NCBI GenBank assembly: GCA_964510655.1
Contig: CAZEAY010000003.1
Coordinates: 18,924 to 82,923 of the forward strand
Direction: 5' to 3'
Origin: an uncultured Candidatus Saccharibacteria bacterium
GTDB taxonomy: Bacteria; Patescibacteriota; Minisyncoccia; Phycocordibacterales; XYD1-FULL-46-19
DNA: 64,000 nucleotides
Part shown: one piece after another, positions 37,391 through 46,849 of the stretch
Layout of the letters: each line of letters starts with the position of its first letter
Numbering within the stretch: the first letter of the stretch is position 1
Notes under the pieces: model-generated
Seen by the model: the letters and a program-made list of their open reading frames with translations, nothing else
Databases searched by the model: none
Told to the model about the DNA's origin: nothing
Position numbers and translations under genes: made by a program

Positions 37391-38668
37391 ATGGTTAAAT
37401 TAATAAAAAAAATTATTCCCGCCCGAATTTATGAAAAACTCTTACCTATTTACCATTTAACGGTAGCCTTCCTAAGTGCCTTCTGGTATCGTTTTCCATC
37501 ACACGACATAAAAGTGATTGCCATAACTGGAACAAAAGGTAAAACTACCACCACCGAACTAGTTAGTGCTCTACTTGAAGCTGGTGGACATAAAACCGCT
37601 CTTATCTCCACCCTCCGATTTAAAATTGGAGACGGGACAAAACGCAACCTATTAAAAATGACCACTCCGGGCAGAGGAATGATTCAAAAAATCCTGCGTG
37701 AAGCAGTGGATACTGGCTGTGATTATGCTGTTCTAGAATTAAGTTCCGAGGGAGCAAAACAATATCGCAATGCTTTTATCTCACTTGATGCGCTAATATT
37801 TACCAACCTATCCCCTGAGCATATAGAATCTCATGGCTCCTACGACAACTATGTGCGAGCCAAACTATCAATCGCTCGAGCCTTAGCTAAATCTCCTAAA
37901 GATGAAAAGATTTTAATCGTAAATGGTGACGATCCAGAATCTAAAAAATTCTTAGCTTTCAATATTGAAAATAAAATTATTTTTTCCCTTAAAGAGGCTG
38001 AGCCTTACCACCTATCAGAAAACGGTTTATCTATCACTTGGAAGGGTCAAAAAATAGAAACAAAGATGGTTGGACTATTTAATATTTACAATATTTTGGC
38101 TGCGGCTACCTACGCCAGCTCTCAAGGGGTAGGAATAGATAAAATCAAAGAAGGTCTAGAGAAATTTGGCGGAGTGCTTGGGCGAATGCAAAAAGTGTAT
38201 TCCCCTACTTATAGAGATAAGCAAACTTTTGATGTGGTTGTGGATTACGCTCACACTGCCGAATCCCTGAAGGCCGCTTACGGAGTTTATGCGGGAAAGA
38301 AAAGAATGATTTGTGTTTTAGGAAGTACTGGTGGTGGCCGAGATAAATGGAAAAGACCCGCCATGGGTAAAGTAGCCAATGACTACTGTGACAAAATTAT
38401 TTTAACCAATGATGACCCCTACGAAGAAGATCCCGATCAAATCGTTTGCGAAATGGCTCGGGGGATAGAAAAAAATTATGATATTATCATTGATCGTCGG
38501 GAGGCCATCAAGGAAGCGATATCTCGAGCCCAACCTGGCGACGTCGTAATGTTGACCGGTAAAGGTACTGATCCTTATTTAATGGAAGCTGGCGGCAAAA
38601 AAACTCCCTGGAGTGATGCTGGGGTAGCCGAAGAAGAATTAGACCTTTTATTCTCCCAACAAAAATAG
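37391..38668 (+). CDS. murE: MurE-like UDP-N-acetylmuramyl-tripeptide ligase
   Basis: ITGTKGKTTT, E.SSEG, FTNL.PEH, GRM, VDYAHT, GGGRDK.KR, DR..AI, GKG. Confidence 0.88.
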   Translation: MVKLIKKIIPARIYEKLLPIYHLTVAFLSAFWYRFPSHDIKVIAITGTKGKTTTTELVSALLEAGGHKTALISTLRFKIGDGTKRNLLKMTTPGRGMIQKILREAVDTGCDYAVLELSSEGAKQYRNAFISLDALIFTNLSPEHIESHGSYDNYVRAKLSIARALAKSPKDEKILIVNGDDPESKKFLAFNIENKIIFSLKEAEPYHLSENGLSITWKGQKIETKMVGLFNIYNILAAATYASSQGVGIDKIKEGLEKFGGVLGRMQKVYSPTYRDKQTFDVVVDYAHTAESLKAAYGVYAGKKRMICVLGSTGGGRDKWKRPAMGKVANDYCDKIILTNDDPYEEDPDQIVCEMARGIEKNYDIIIDRREAIKEAISRAQPGDVVMLTGKGTDPYLMEAGGKKTPWSDAGVAEEELDLLFSQQK

Positions 38669-38724
38669 CTCTAAATTACCAACAAAAAAATTCGCCAGTG
38701 GCGAATTTTTAGCCTCCTATAATT

Positions 38725-39591
38725 ATGCCAGAATTACCTGAAGTAGAGACCCTTCGTCGAGAATTAAACCTCGCCATAAAAAATAAAAAAATCAAAAAAG
38801 CTCAAGTCTTATGGCCTAAAACGATCGCTCCCTTAAGCGTCAAAGTTTTTGAGAAAGAAGTGGTCAATAAAAAAGTCGAGGAAGTGGGCCGTGAAGCCAA
38901 AATTTTAATTATCAACTTTACTGACACTACTGCTCTCGCCTTTCACTTAAAAATGACCGGACAACTTATCTTCCAACCAACCAAAGGCAGAGCGGTTATC
39001 GGTGGACATCCAGCTCCAAAGGACGAAAGCAATTTACCAAATAATCACACTCGATTAGTCCTAACTTTTTCTGATAACTCTATTCTTTATTTCAACGACT
39101 TGAGAAAATTCGGCTGGGCAAGACTCGTCGACGATTCCCAGTTAAAAAGTTTAACAAAACATCTTGGTGTTGAGCCCCTAACAAAACTTTTTACTGATCA
39201 GTTTCTCATCGATCTTTTTAAAAAATACCCCAACAAAACGGTGAAACAAATTCTAATGGATCAAACTTTGATTGCCGGCATTGGTAACATCTACGCCGAT
39301 GAGAGCGCCTTTTTAACTAAAATTTTACCTGACCGCAGAGTATCTACCCTCAAAGGAGTCCAAATTAAAAAACTTCAACAGGCGATTGTTGGAGTTTTAA
39401 AACTATCAATAAAAAAGAAGGGCACATCTTCCAAAAACTATCGCCGTTCTGACGGCAGTCTCGGAGGCTTTGTTCCTCATCTCTATGTCTATGGTCGAGC
39501 CGGCCAACCCTGCAAAATATGTCAGGCTTCAATCAAAAAGACTCGCCATAATGGTCGAGGAACGGCTTTTTGTCCAAAATGCCAAAAATAA
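38725..39591 (+). CDS. mutM: Formamidopyrimidine-DNA glycosylase
   Basis: MPELPEVE, HLKMTG, DLRKFG, AGIGNIYADE, C-terminal CKIC/CPKCQ zinc finger. Confidence 0.97.
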   Translation: MPELPEVETLRRELNLAIKNKKIKKAQVLWPKTIAPLSVKVFEKEVVNKKVEEVGREAKILIINFTDTTALAFHLKMTGQLIFQPTKGRAVIGGHPAPKDESNLPNNHTRLVLTFSDNSILYFNDLRKFGWARLVDDSQLKSLTKHLGVEPLTKLFTDQFLIDLFKKYPNKTVKQILMDQTLIAGIGNIYADESAFLTKILPDRRVSTLKGVQIKKLQQAIVGVLKLSIKKKGTSSKNYRRSDGSLGGFVPHLYVYGRAGQPCKICQASIKKTRHNGRGTAFCPKCQK

Positions 39592-39593
39592 AT

Positions 39594-40067
39594 CTAAACA
39601 TTTAAAATCCTGAACAAAGCGACTCCAGTGGCCACTGAAACATTGAGAGATTCTTTCTCTCCCCTCATTGGTATCTCAGCAATCAAATCACATTTATTTA
39701 AAACAGCCTTTTTCATCCCCCTAACTTCTTCACCTAAAATAATTGCACAAGGAAATTTTGGTTTTATTTTTTTATAATCAACTGAATTTTCTGACTGCTC
39801 TAGAGCAATAATCTGTACTCCGTCTTTTTTTAATCTATTTAGCACAGAAGATATACTTTTAACTTTTTCCCAGGAAACCACCTTCTCCGCCCCCAAAGCT
39901 GTTTTAGTGATCCCCTTATCCACCCGATGAAAATCGTCGACTGGCGCCGGAGTATAACCAGTTAAGTATATTTTACTTACTCCACAAGCATCAGCAGTAC
40001 GAAAAATTGCCCCCACGTTGTAGGTGCTACGGATATTATCAAGGACAAGATAAACCTCTTTGGTCAT
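39594..40067 (-). CDS. TrmH/SpoU family RNA methyltransferase
   Basis: LDNIRS..NVG.IFRT.DA, G.E..G, IPM.G.KESLNVSVA. Confidence 0.93.
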   Translation of the reverse strand: MTKEVYLVLDNIRSTYNVGAIFRTADACGVSKIYLTGYTPAPVDDFHRVDKGITKTALGAEKVVSWEKVKSISSVLNRLKKDGVQIIALEQSENSVDYKKIKPKFPCAIILGEEVRGMKKAVLNKCDLIAEIPMRGEKESLNVSVATGVALFRILNV

Positions 40068-40180
40068 GGGGCAAATATAGCAAAATATGGTTTTGTCCAC
40101 AAATTAGACATTCCCCCCAAAGTTCCTATATACTTAAGCTGTAAGTCGCCATTTATCAATTATTTTAATAAAGAAATAAT

Positions 40181-40369
40181 ATGTCTATGGAGAATTTTGG
40201 ATCGATGGAAAAAACATCCGATCAAATGCTAGAAGAAATTTTAGCCCACTATGAGGGTGACAGTGATATGTCGGCCAACTTTAAGAAGGAGTGGGACGGG
40301 TACTCCCCAGAACAACAGAGGTCTCTCCATGAACAATTTATGAGGGATCACGGAAAAGAAGTTGTGTAG
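40181..40369 (+). CDS. Small acidic hypothetical protein
   Basis: TAGACA...TATACT promoter upstream and hairpin/T-run downstream. Confidence 0.6.
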   Translation: MSMENFGSMEKTSDQMLEEILAHYEGDSDMSANFKKEWDGYSPEQQRSLHEQFMRDHGKEVV

Positions 40370-40405
40370 ATATAATGCCCCTTGTGTGGGTATTTTTTAT
40401 TTATG

Positions 40406-40477
40406 TGCCCTCGACAGGAATCGAACCTGTATCTCCAGCTTCGGAGGCCGGTGTTCTATCCATTAGACTACGAGGAC
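40406..40477 (-). tRNA. tRNA-Arg(CCG)
   Basis: GTCCTCG/CGAGGGC acceptor; CCGGC-CTCCGAA-GCTGG. Confidence 0.94.
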
Positions 40478-40579
40478 TTGGGATAGTAACTGCATAATAA
40501 CAGGTTGAAGTGTTTTTTCAATTAAAAAGATAGACAAAGCAAGGTTTTTTTTGTATGATTTCCTTGTCTTATAAGTGTC

Positions 40580-40652
40580 GCCCTGTTAGCTCAGCTGGTA
40601 GAGCAGCTCCCTTTTAAGGAGACGGTCGGGGGTTCGATTCCCTCACAGGGCA
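40580..40652 (+). tRNA. tRNA-Lys(UUU)
   Basis: GCCCTGT/ACAGGGC acceptor; loop CTTTTAA. Confidence 0.95.
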
Positions 40653-40712
40653 CAAAAAAAAGAATGGCTCACCTACTCTACTGTTTCCAGTTGTTGGTGA
40701 GCCCAATTGATT

Positions 40713-41096
40713 TCAGAAAATCAAGATGGGTGGTTCGTGGCGATTTCTGAATTTTCTTAAACGCGCCAATCTTTCCCACCTCTTTTTTTCTCGAAACTTC
40801 TCCTTTGATGTGCGTGGAAATCTGTCTTCCATCACCATAAGTTGTGGCCAAACGGCCCGAGTGGAATAAAGGCGAAACTTTGCCATATTCCACTGACGAC
40901 GGTTAACAATAAAGCACAGGGTAAGAGCAGAGAGCTTTTCTGCTTCAGATTCATCTGGATTGAGACTTCCTCTGATCGGTGGCTTCGGCCTGCCCGCATA
41001 ATAACAGCAACAGGGACAGATTTTTTTGTCGTCAGAGGTTATCTTCTTAAGTTCCCTAAGGACTTCAAAAAAAGAGTCCTTTCTTAACTCTTCCAT
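40713..41096 (-). CDS. Orphan basic protein with CPCCC motif (SD-led cassette)
   Basis: AAGGAGG 5 nt before ATG; TTGCTA-17-TATCTT upstream. Confidence 0.55.
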   Translation of the reverse strand: MEELRKDSFFEVLRELKKITSDDKKICPCCCYYAGRPKPPIRGSLNPDESEAEKLSALTLCFIVNRRQWNMAKFRLYSTRAVWPQLMVMEDRFPRTSKEKFREKKRWERLARLRKFRNRHEPPILIF

Positions 41097-41174
41097 ACTA
41101 GCCTCCTTAGATTAGTCTCTCCCAAAGATAACGCTAAAAAGTCAGAATAGCAAGAGTGCTAACTATTTTTATAT

Positions 41175-41888
41175 TTAAATAGTAAATATCACCTTCTCCA
41201 ACTCCGTTTCCATCTCGCCTTCACTGCGACGGACAGAATGAAACAAATCTACGAGTTGAGTGGAAAGATTTTCTAGCTCTTCAGTTTGATAATTTCGAGC
41301 ATAACGTTCAATTTTAGATTTCACAAAACCCTTAAGTTCAGACTTGTTTGCCTCAGTTGTTTTTTTAAAAAACAACATATGCTTAACCATCCATTGGAAT
41401 TTCCAAAAAATTTCTTCACCCTCAATACCTGCCCGCAAGGCTTCTTGACACAAGACCCATAATCTTTTTCGATTCCTCTCCCCTAAAGCATCCGTGACAG
41501 CAAAAATATTAAACCTCTTTTCTTCCCCGATTTTTTTATCAAAACTTAAATCTTTTTCCGTATGTTTTTTAACTTGAGTTAAGATCTTTGATTCCAAAGA
41601 ATCTTCTAGAATGATAAAAATGTTAGCCGAATCTTTGATCTCTTTTAGATTATCTAACATAAATTCCTGCGATTTTTTATCTCCAATCAGATGATCACAG
41701 CCCACAATATATTTGTGAGCAAATAAATCTTGGGAGACAATTAACTCTCGCATTTTTTCTTCCGAAAAATTTTCACTATCAATTTTCCAAGCCAAAGAAT
41801 CAAGTTTGCGAGCCAACAAAGACTCAATCAGGGCGTCGTATTTATGCCGAGTCTTAATACTGTCGGAGCCTTGAATGAGATAGATCAT
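41175..41888 (-). CDS. DNA polymerase III delta subunit-like (HolA-like)
   Basis: MIYL..G.D, .LF..K.IV, FNIF..TDA...R, helical C-terminus; start overlaps the xth stop. Confidence 0.7.
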   Translation of the reverse strand: MIYLIQGSDSIKTRHKYDALIESLLARKLDSLAWKIDSENFSEEKMRELIVSQDLFAHKYIVGCDHLIGDKKSQEFMLDNLKEIKDSANIFIILEDSLESKILTQVKKHTEKDLSFDKKIGEEKRFNIFAVTDALGERNRKRLWVLCQEALRAGIEGEEIFWKFQWMVKHMLFFKKTTEANKSELKGFVKSKIERYARNYQTEELENLSTQLVDLFHSVRRSEGEMETELEKVIFTI

Positions 41889-42652
41889 ATTTTTAAAGTA
41901 ATTCCCACCGGACAATGATCGGAACCAAACACCTCTCCTAAAATAAAAGCTTTTTTTATGTTTTTCTTAAGAGCCTCACTGGCCAAAAAATAATCAATCC
42001 GCCAACCGATATTTTTATCCCGAGCAAAAAAACGATAGCTCCACCAAGAATATTCTATTTTATCTTTATTGATAAAGCGGTAAGTATCAATCAAACCAGA
42101 AGACAAGAAGGTGGTCATATCCCCCCTCTCCTCGTCGGTAAAGCCCGAGTGTCCACGATTATCTCTAGGACGAGCAATATCAATCTCTTCGTGAGCCACA
42201 TTAAAATCACCACAAGCGATAACCGGCTTTTTCTTTTCTAATTTTTTTACATAGGCCAAAAAAACCTTATTGAATTTTTGTTTAAAATCAATCCGAGATA
42301 AGTCATCTTTAGCGTTCGGGAAATAAATATTAAGAAAATAAAAACTTTCAAACTCCATGGTTTGCGTCCGTCCTTCGGAATCAAATTCTGCCACCCCAAT
42401 TCCCTCCCGGTAAGACAGGGGTTCAATTTTGGTTAAGATAGCCGTACCACTATAACCCGGTTTTTGTGCTGGATACCAGTATTCATTGTAGCCAGTCCAG
42501 TCAAAAGTTTCTTTGGCACGGGCCTCATTAGAAATTTTAATTTCTTGCAAGCCAATAATGTCGGGGCGTTCTGTCAGCAAGAAGTTGTCAAAACCATTTT
42601 TAACAGCGGCCCTAATACCATTCACATTCCACGAGATAAGTTTTATTTCCAT
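41885..42652 (-). CDS. xth: Exodeoxyribonuclease III
   Basis: SWNVNGIRA, LQEIK, GYSG.A, GDFNVAH, GWRIDYF, SDHCPV. Confidence 0.97.
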   Translation of the reverse strand: MEIKLISWNVNGIRAAVKNGFDNFLLTERPDIIGLQEIKISNEARAKETFDWTGYNEYWYPAQKPGYSGTAILTKIEPLSYREGIGVAEFDSEGRTQTMEFESFYFLNIYFPNAKDDLSRIDFKQKFNKVFLAYVKKLEKKKPVIACGDFNVAHEEIDIARPRDNRGHSGFTDEERGDMTTFLSSGLIDTYRFINKDKIEYSWWSYRFFARDKNIGWRIDYFLASEALKKNIKKAFILGEVFGSDHCPVGITLKI

Positions 42653-42659
42653 AGAGTTA

Positions 42660-43259
42660 TTATACTTGGTCGAGAGCCCCCTTAAAATCGTTGACTAAAA
42701 CCGGGAACATGTGGGAATTATATACTGCCACCGCCGGATGGTACAAGATCACTAATTTTATTGGACCATAAGAACTTTTTACTGAAAATACCCGGCCATG
42801 CAACTTACTAATCGGGTCACTTTTCTCCTTAACTCCATATTTATTCATTAGATAGGCCATAGAATAACGACCTAAGGTTACCAGGATTTTAGGTTTAATC
42901 GCCCCAATTTGTCTATCCAGAAAGGTGCTGTAAAGAGCAATTTCTTCCGGAGTAGGATCACGATTTTCGGGCGGACGATCTTTAACCAGATTAGTTATAT
43001 AAACATCTTCTCTCCTTAGTCCCGCCGATAAAAGTAGGCGATCAAGAACTTTTCCCGCTGTTCCACAAAAAGGTCGAGCGGTTTTTGCCTCTGTTTTTCC
43101 TGGAGCTTCACCAACAAACATAATTTGAGCCGAATGATTTCCTTCGCCAATCACCGGGAAATAATTATTATCTTGCCGATACTGATAAAGTGGCGAGTTC
43201 TTCAAGCTTAAAATTTCATCTTTTATTTTTCTTAGCTCTTCAGTTTGTTCCAATGACAT
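42660..43259 (-). CDS. Uracil-DNA glycosylase, family 4-like
   Basis: GEG...A.IMFVGEAPG..E....RPF.G.AG..LD, YITN.VK.RPP.NR.P, LG, YHPA. Confidence 0.92.
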   Translation of the reverse strand: MSLEQTEELRKIKDEILSLKNSPLYQYRQDNNYFPVIGEGNHSAQIMFVGEAPGKTEAKTARPFCGTAGKVLDRLLLSAGLRREDVYITNLVKDRPPENRDPTPEEIALYSTFLDRQIGAIKPKILVTLGRYSMAYLMNKYGVKEKSDPISKLHGRVFSVKSSYGPIKLVILYHPAVAVYNSHMFPVLVNDFKGALDQV

Positions 43260-43300
43260 AATTACCGTATTTAAAACTAAGATGGAAAATTGTTGCGGTG

Positions 43301-43774
43301 CTAGTGACCAGAGTTCTCCGACTCTTCGTCCTTACTATAGTTTTTCAAAACCTTTTCCTCTAGTGTCCAAAAAACAGTAAAGATTAGCAAAGCCAAAAGA
43401 CCGGCAATAAGAGCTTCAACATAAAGACCGAAACCAGCCGACATACCCAACCCCGCAGCTACCCACAAGCCAGCAGCGGTGGTCAAACCCTGAATCTTAG
43501 ACTGTTGAAAAATAACCATACCCGCCCCCAAAAAACCCACTCCAACAACAATTTGTGAGGCCATCATGATTGGGTTAAAACCAGAAAAAGAGGCAAAAGC
43601 TGGAATCATTTCCAAAGAAATAAGAACAAACAAGGCAGAACCCAAACTCACTAAGGAGTAAGTCTTAAGACCGGCGTTCCGACCGACAATCGTCCTCTCT
43701 ATCCCCAAGACCCCACCCAAGATAACAGCAACAAATAATCTAAGAGCAATTTCAATAGTTGTAGATAAATCCAT
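43301..43774 (-). CDS. MgtC/SapB family membrane protein
   Basis: G.ER......AGL.T..LV..G, QIV.GVGFLGAG, GLTTAA.LW..AG.G. Confidence 0.94.
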   Translation of the reverse strand: MDLSTTIEIALRLFVAVILGGVLGIERTIVGRNAGLKTYSLVSLGSALFVLISLEMIPAFASFSGFNPIMMASQIVVGVGFLGAGMVIFQQSKIQGLTTAAGLWVAAGLGMSAGFGLYVEALIAGLLALLIFTVFWTLEEKVLKNYSKDEESENSGH

Positions 43775-43890
43775 CCCGTTAGAAATAGGAAACCTGGCCT
43801 ATTTGGCAAGATAGCCTATAAAATTAATTTATAATATTTATTGTCAACCTCTTTTAATTATACCAATGTTTCCGTTTCATTTCTAACGGG
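43775..43890. mobile_element. 116-bp MITE-like element with terminal inverted repeats and target duplication
   Basis: CCCGTTAGAAAT (43775-43786) / ATTTCTAACGGG (43879-43890), flanked by ATCCAT at 43769-43774 and 43891-43896. Confidence 0.8.
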
Positions 43891-43980
43891 ATCCATAAAA
43901 TTTAAATTTTATCAAAAAAAACAAACCCAGGGCATAACCTGAGTTTGTTTCGTCTCGAGACTAAATAAAAATTTTAAAGT

Positions 43981-44163
43981 CTATTGAGCAACAGTTGTGG
44001 TTCCGGCATCGGTAGAGGTTGATACTGGAGCAACATCAGTAACCACGTCGGTAGTAGTAGCTACATCGGAAGTATCTACAGGAGTAGCATTGTTTCCTTT
44101 GTACCAAACGATTCCGCCAATGATCAAAATGATAACAACAGCGGCAATAACGTAATTCTTCAT
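43981..44163 (-). CDS. Small membrane-anchored protein with Thr/Asp/Val-rich tail
   Basis: N-terminal TM then low-complexity tail; TTGCTT-17-TAAGAT promoter; terminator 43919-43950. Confidence 0.7.
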   Translation of the reverse strand: MKNYVIAAVVIILIIGGIVWYKGNNATPVDTSDVATTTDVVTDVAPVSTSTDAGTTTVAQ

Positions 44164-44459
44164 AGTAATTTAGGTGAATTTGCTAATTTTTTAGAAATCG
44201 ACCTTTTAAATTCCAATTAATGGTACCCCCATCTTATCGTCAAAGCTCTAAAAAAGCAAGTCCAGGCACCAATTTTAAGCTTTTTGAGCACTGACAAATG
44301 CCCATAGACAGTGACCTTAGCCAAATAATACCCCTAATAACATAAAGTTTTACAAGATTAAGGCCCTTGAAAATAGGGATAAAACTAACAAAAATCGCAA
44401 TCTATATGTGCAAAACCTGTGGATAACATGGTCTATTTTATGTCGGGATTAAAAAAGTC

Positions 44460-46847
44460 TTATTTATCAAGCTCTCCCCAGCGATCTCCCGCTCCCCAAT
44501 TAACAGTTAGAGGAACCTTCATTTGACTGACTTTCTCCATGGCCTTCTTAATAACTGGCGAGACCTCCTCTACCACCCCCTTCTCTATCTCAAAAATAAG
44601 CTCATCATGAATCTGCAACAGGAGGTGAACTCGGTCCAGCATCTTTATTTTTTTAAGTTCGTCATTAACTTTAATAATAGCCAACTTCACAAAATCGGCT
44701 CCACTACCCTGGATAGGAGCATTCATCGCCATTCGTTCGGCACTAGCCCTGATAAAAGGTAGCCGAGATTTTAACTCCGGGAAATATCGACGGCGGCCAA
44801 ACAATGTTTCCGTATAACCAATCTTATACGCTCCGGAAATTACATTGTCAAAATATTCGCGAATTTTCGGAAAAGTAGCAAAATAATTATCATAAAATTT
44901 TTGAGCTTCTTCTCGGGTCGTATTAAGGTTCATCTTAAGAGCATTCACCCCCATCCCATAAACAATCCCAAAATTTAAAACTTTGGCTTGTCTTCGCATG
45001 TCTTTAGTCACCTCACTATCGGAAACATTAAAAACTCGAGCGGCCACGGCCGTATGAATATCTTTTTCTTCTTTAAAAATTTTAATCAAATCTTCATCAC
45101 CAGACATTTCAGCCAAAATACGCATTTCCATTTGCGAGTAATCAAAAGAAACTAACCTATGCCCTTTGTCGGCAATAAAAGCTTTACGAATTCTTTCTCC
45201 ACTTCCCTCGCGTACCGGGATATTCTGCAGATTAGGATTAGAACTAGACATTCGGCCAGTGGTTGTTCCGGCTTGATTTAAGCTGGTATGCAGGCGATCT
45301 TCCTCATCAGTCATCTTGGGGATATTATCAATATAAGTTGAGAGGAGTTTTTGATATTCGCGATATTCCAAGATTGGCGGAATAATAGGGTGTTCATCTT
45401 TCATTTTTAATAATTCCGACTCTTTGGTGCTACGAGCTCCACCGGCCGTTTTCTTTAAACCCTTAACGGAAATTTTTAGCTCATCAAAAAGTATTTCACC
45501 AAGCTGTTTAGGTGAATTGATATTAAATTCTCGACCAGCTTCGGTGTAAATCTTTTTTTCTAGTTTAGAAAGAAGTAAGTGATACTCCTTCGATAAATCA
45601 GCCAAATATTTTCGATCAATCAAGATCCCCCGTTTCTCAGCCTTATCAATAATCGGAATAAGAGGAAGTTCGATGTCGGTATAAATCTTTTCTAAGCCAA
45701 GATCTTTTAGTTGTTTTAAAATAAGTTTTTCGGCCAAAGATAAATCTTTAGTATCGGCGTAATCCAAAATGTCATCGATTGTCGGCGTTGTTTTAGAAGA
45801 ATCAATCAGCCACAAAGCAATGCCTACTCTTTTTACTTGTAAGGGGTCATACTGGGGAACCAAAGGGGTGGGTTCAATTTGATCATCAGCGGAATCCGCA
45901 AAATTAGGTAACAGGTTACGCGCCCGAGGAATCAAACTCCGAAACTCAAAAAGACTAAAAGTTTTTTCGACCTTCTTAAGGTCACAATTTTCAGTCCAAT
46001 GACTACCTGGCAAATCAAAAGTAATCGGCACATCTCGCCTAATCGTAGCCAACATTTTAGAAAATAAAGCCTCATCCTCATTATTTTTTAAAATCTCAAT
46101 CATCCGTTCTTTAATTCCTGCTTTTTTAAAAACGGCTTCATCTTTCTTTAGTTGATTGTAAATTTTTTCAATTGTCCCAAAATTAATAATTAAATCGGTG
46201 GCGGTTTTTTCTCCCACCCCTGGAACCCCAATAATATTATCTGAGGGATCTCCCCGTAAGCCCTTGTAATCTGGTAAAAATTCCGGCCCAAAACCAAAAC
46301 GACTCTCGACTTCAGATTCATTGTACAAAATAGTATCACTAATCCCCTTTTTAAGAGTATAAACCTGGACCCGCTTACCATCGATAAGTTGCATCGTATC
46401 CATATCCCCAGAAGCAATGATAATTTCCACCCCAGGAATTTTTTTTGCCTGTTCAGCAATGGTGCCAATTATGTCGTCAGCCTCAAAACCAGCCTTGTCA
46501 TAAATGGGAATATTGAAAGCGGAAAAAATTTCTCGTGACTTATCCATTTGCGCAATCAAGGCTTCATCAGTTTTTTTTCTTTGACCTTTGTAAGCATCGT
46601 AGGCCTCTTTCCTAAAAGTGGCCTCCGCCCGATCATAACAGGCGGCCATATAATCTGGATTCAGCTCGGCAATAATTTTCATCAACATGGTGGCCAAACC
46701 ATACAAACCACCAGTCGGTTGACCAGTCGAAGAAGTAAAATCTGGCAAAGCATGATAAGCCCTGTGCAAAATAGCGTGAGCATCAAATAAAACTAATTTT
46801 TTATTTTTCACTTTTCCATCTTTTGCTTTAATTGTTTTGGTGACCAT
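44460..46847 (-). CDS. polA: DNA polymerase I (3'-5' exonuclease region reduced)
   Basis: 5'-3' exo motifs (FEADDIIG, GDPSDNI.GV.G.G.KTA) and polymerase motifs (TGRMSS..PNLQNIP, DYSQ.E.R, AK..NFG..YG, LLQIHDEL). Confidence 0.97.
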   Translation of the reverse strand: MVTKTIKAKDGKVKNKKLVLFDAHAILHRAYHALPDFTSSTGQPTGGLYGLATMLMKIIAELNPDYMAACYDRAEATFRKEAYDAYKGQRKKTDEALIAQMDKSREIFSAFNIPIYDKAGFEADDIIGTIAEQAKKIPGVEIIIASGDMDTMQLIDGKRVQVYTLKKGISDTILYNESEVESRFGFGPEFLPDYKGLRGDPSDNIIGVPGVGEKTATDLIINFGTIEKIYNQLKKDEAVFKKAGIKERMIEILKNNEDEALFSKMLATIRRDVPITFDLPGSHWTENCDLKKVEKTFSLFEFRSLIPRARNLLPNFADSADDQIEPTPLVPQYDPLQVKRVGIALWLIDSSKTTPTIDDILDYADTKDLSLAEKLILKQLKDLGLEKIYTDIELPLIPIIDKAEKRGILIDRKYLADLSKEYHLLLSKLEKKIYTEAGREFNINSPKQLGEILFDELKISVKGLKKTAGGARSTKESELLKMKDEHPIIPPILEYREYQKLLSTYIDNIPKMTDEEDRLHTSLNQAGTTTGRMSSSNPNLQNIPVREGSGERIRKAFIADKGHRLVSFDYSQMEMRILAEMSGDEDLIKIFKEEKDIHTAVAARVFNVSDSEVTKDMRRQAKVLNFGIVYGMGVNALKMNLNTTREEAQKFYDNYFATFPKIREYFDNVISGAYKIGYTETLFGRRRYFPELKSRLPFIRASAERMAMNAPIQGSGADFVKLAIIKVNDELKKIKMLDRVHLLLQIHDELIFEIEKGVVEEVSPVIKKAMEKVSQMKVPLTVNWGAGDRWGELDK

Positions 46848-46849
46848 GA

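Noticed and set aside
36249-40477. Near-identical 3' halves of tRNA-Arg(GCG) and tRNA-Arg(CCG) as att sites of an island
   Set aside because: Both are complete isoacceptor tRNAs, and the DNA between them is core genes (rpsT, ruvA, murE, mutM).
44418-44426. Isolated perfect DnaA box downstream of polA as a second origin
   Set aside because: Single box with no cluster or unwinding element; oriC features are at dnaA-dnaN.
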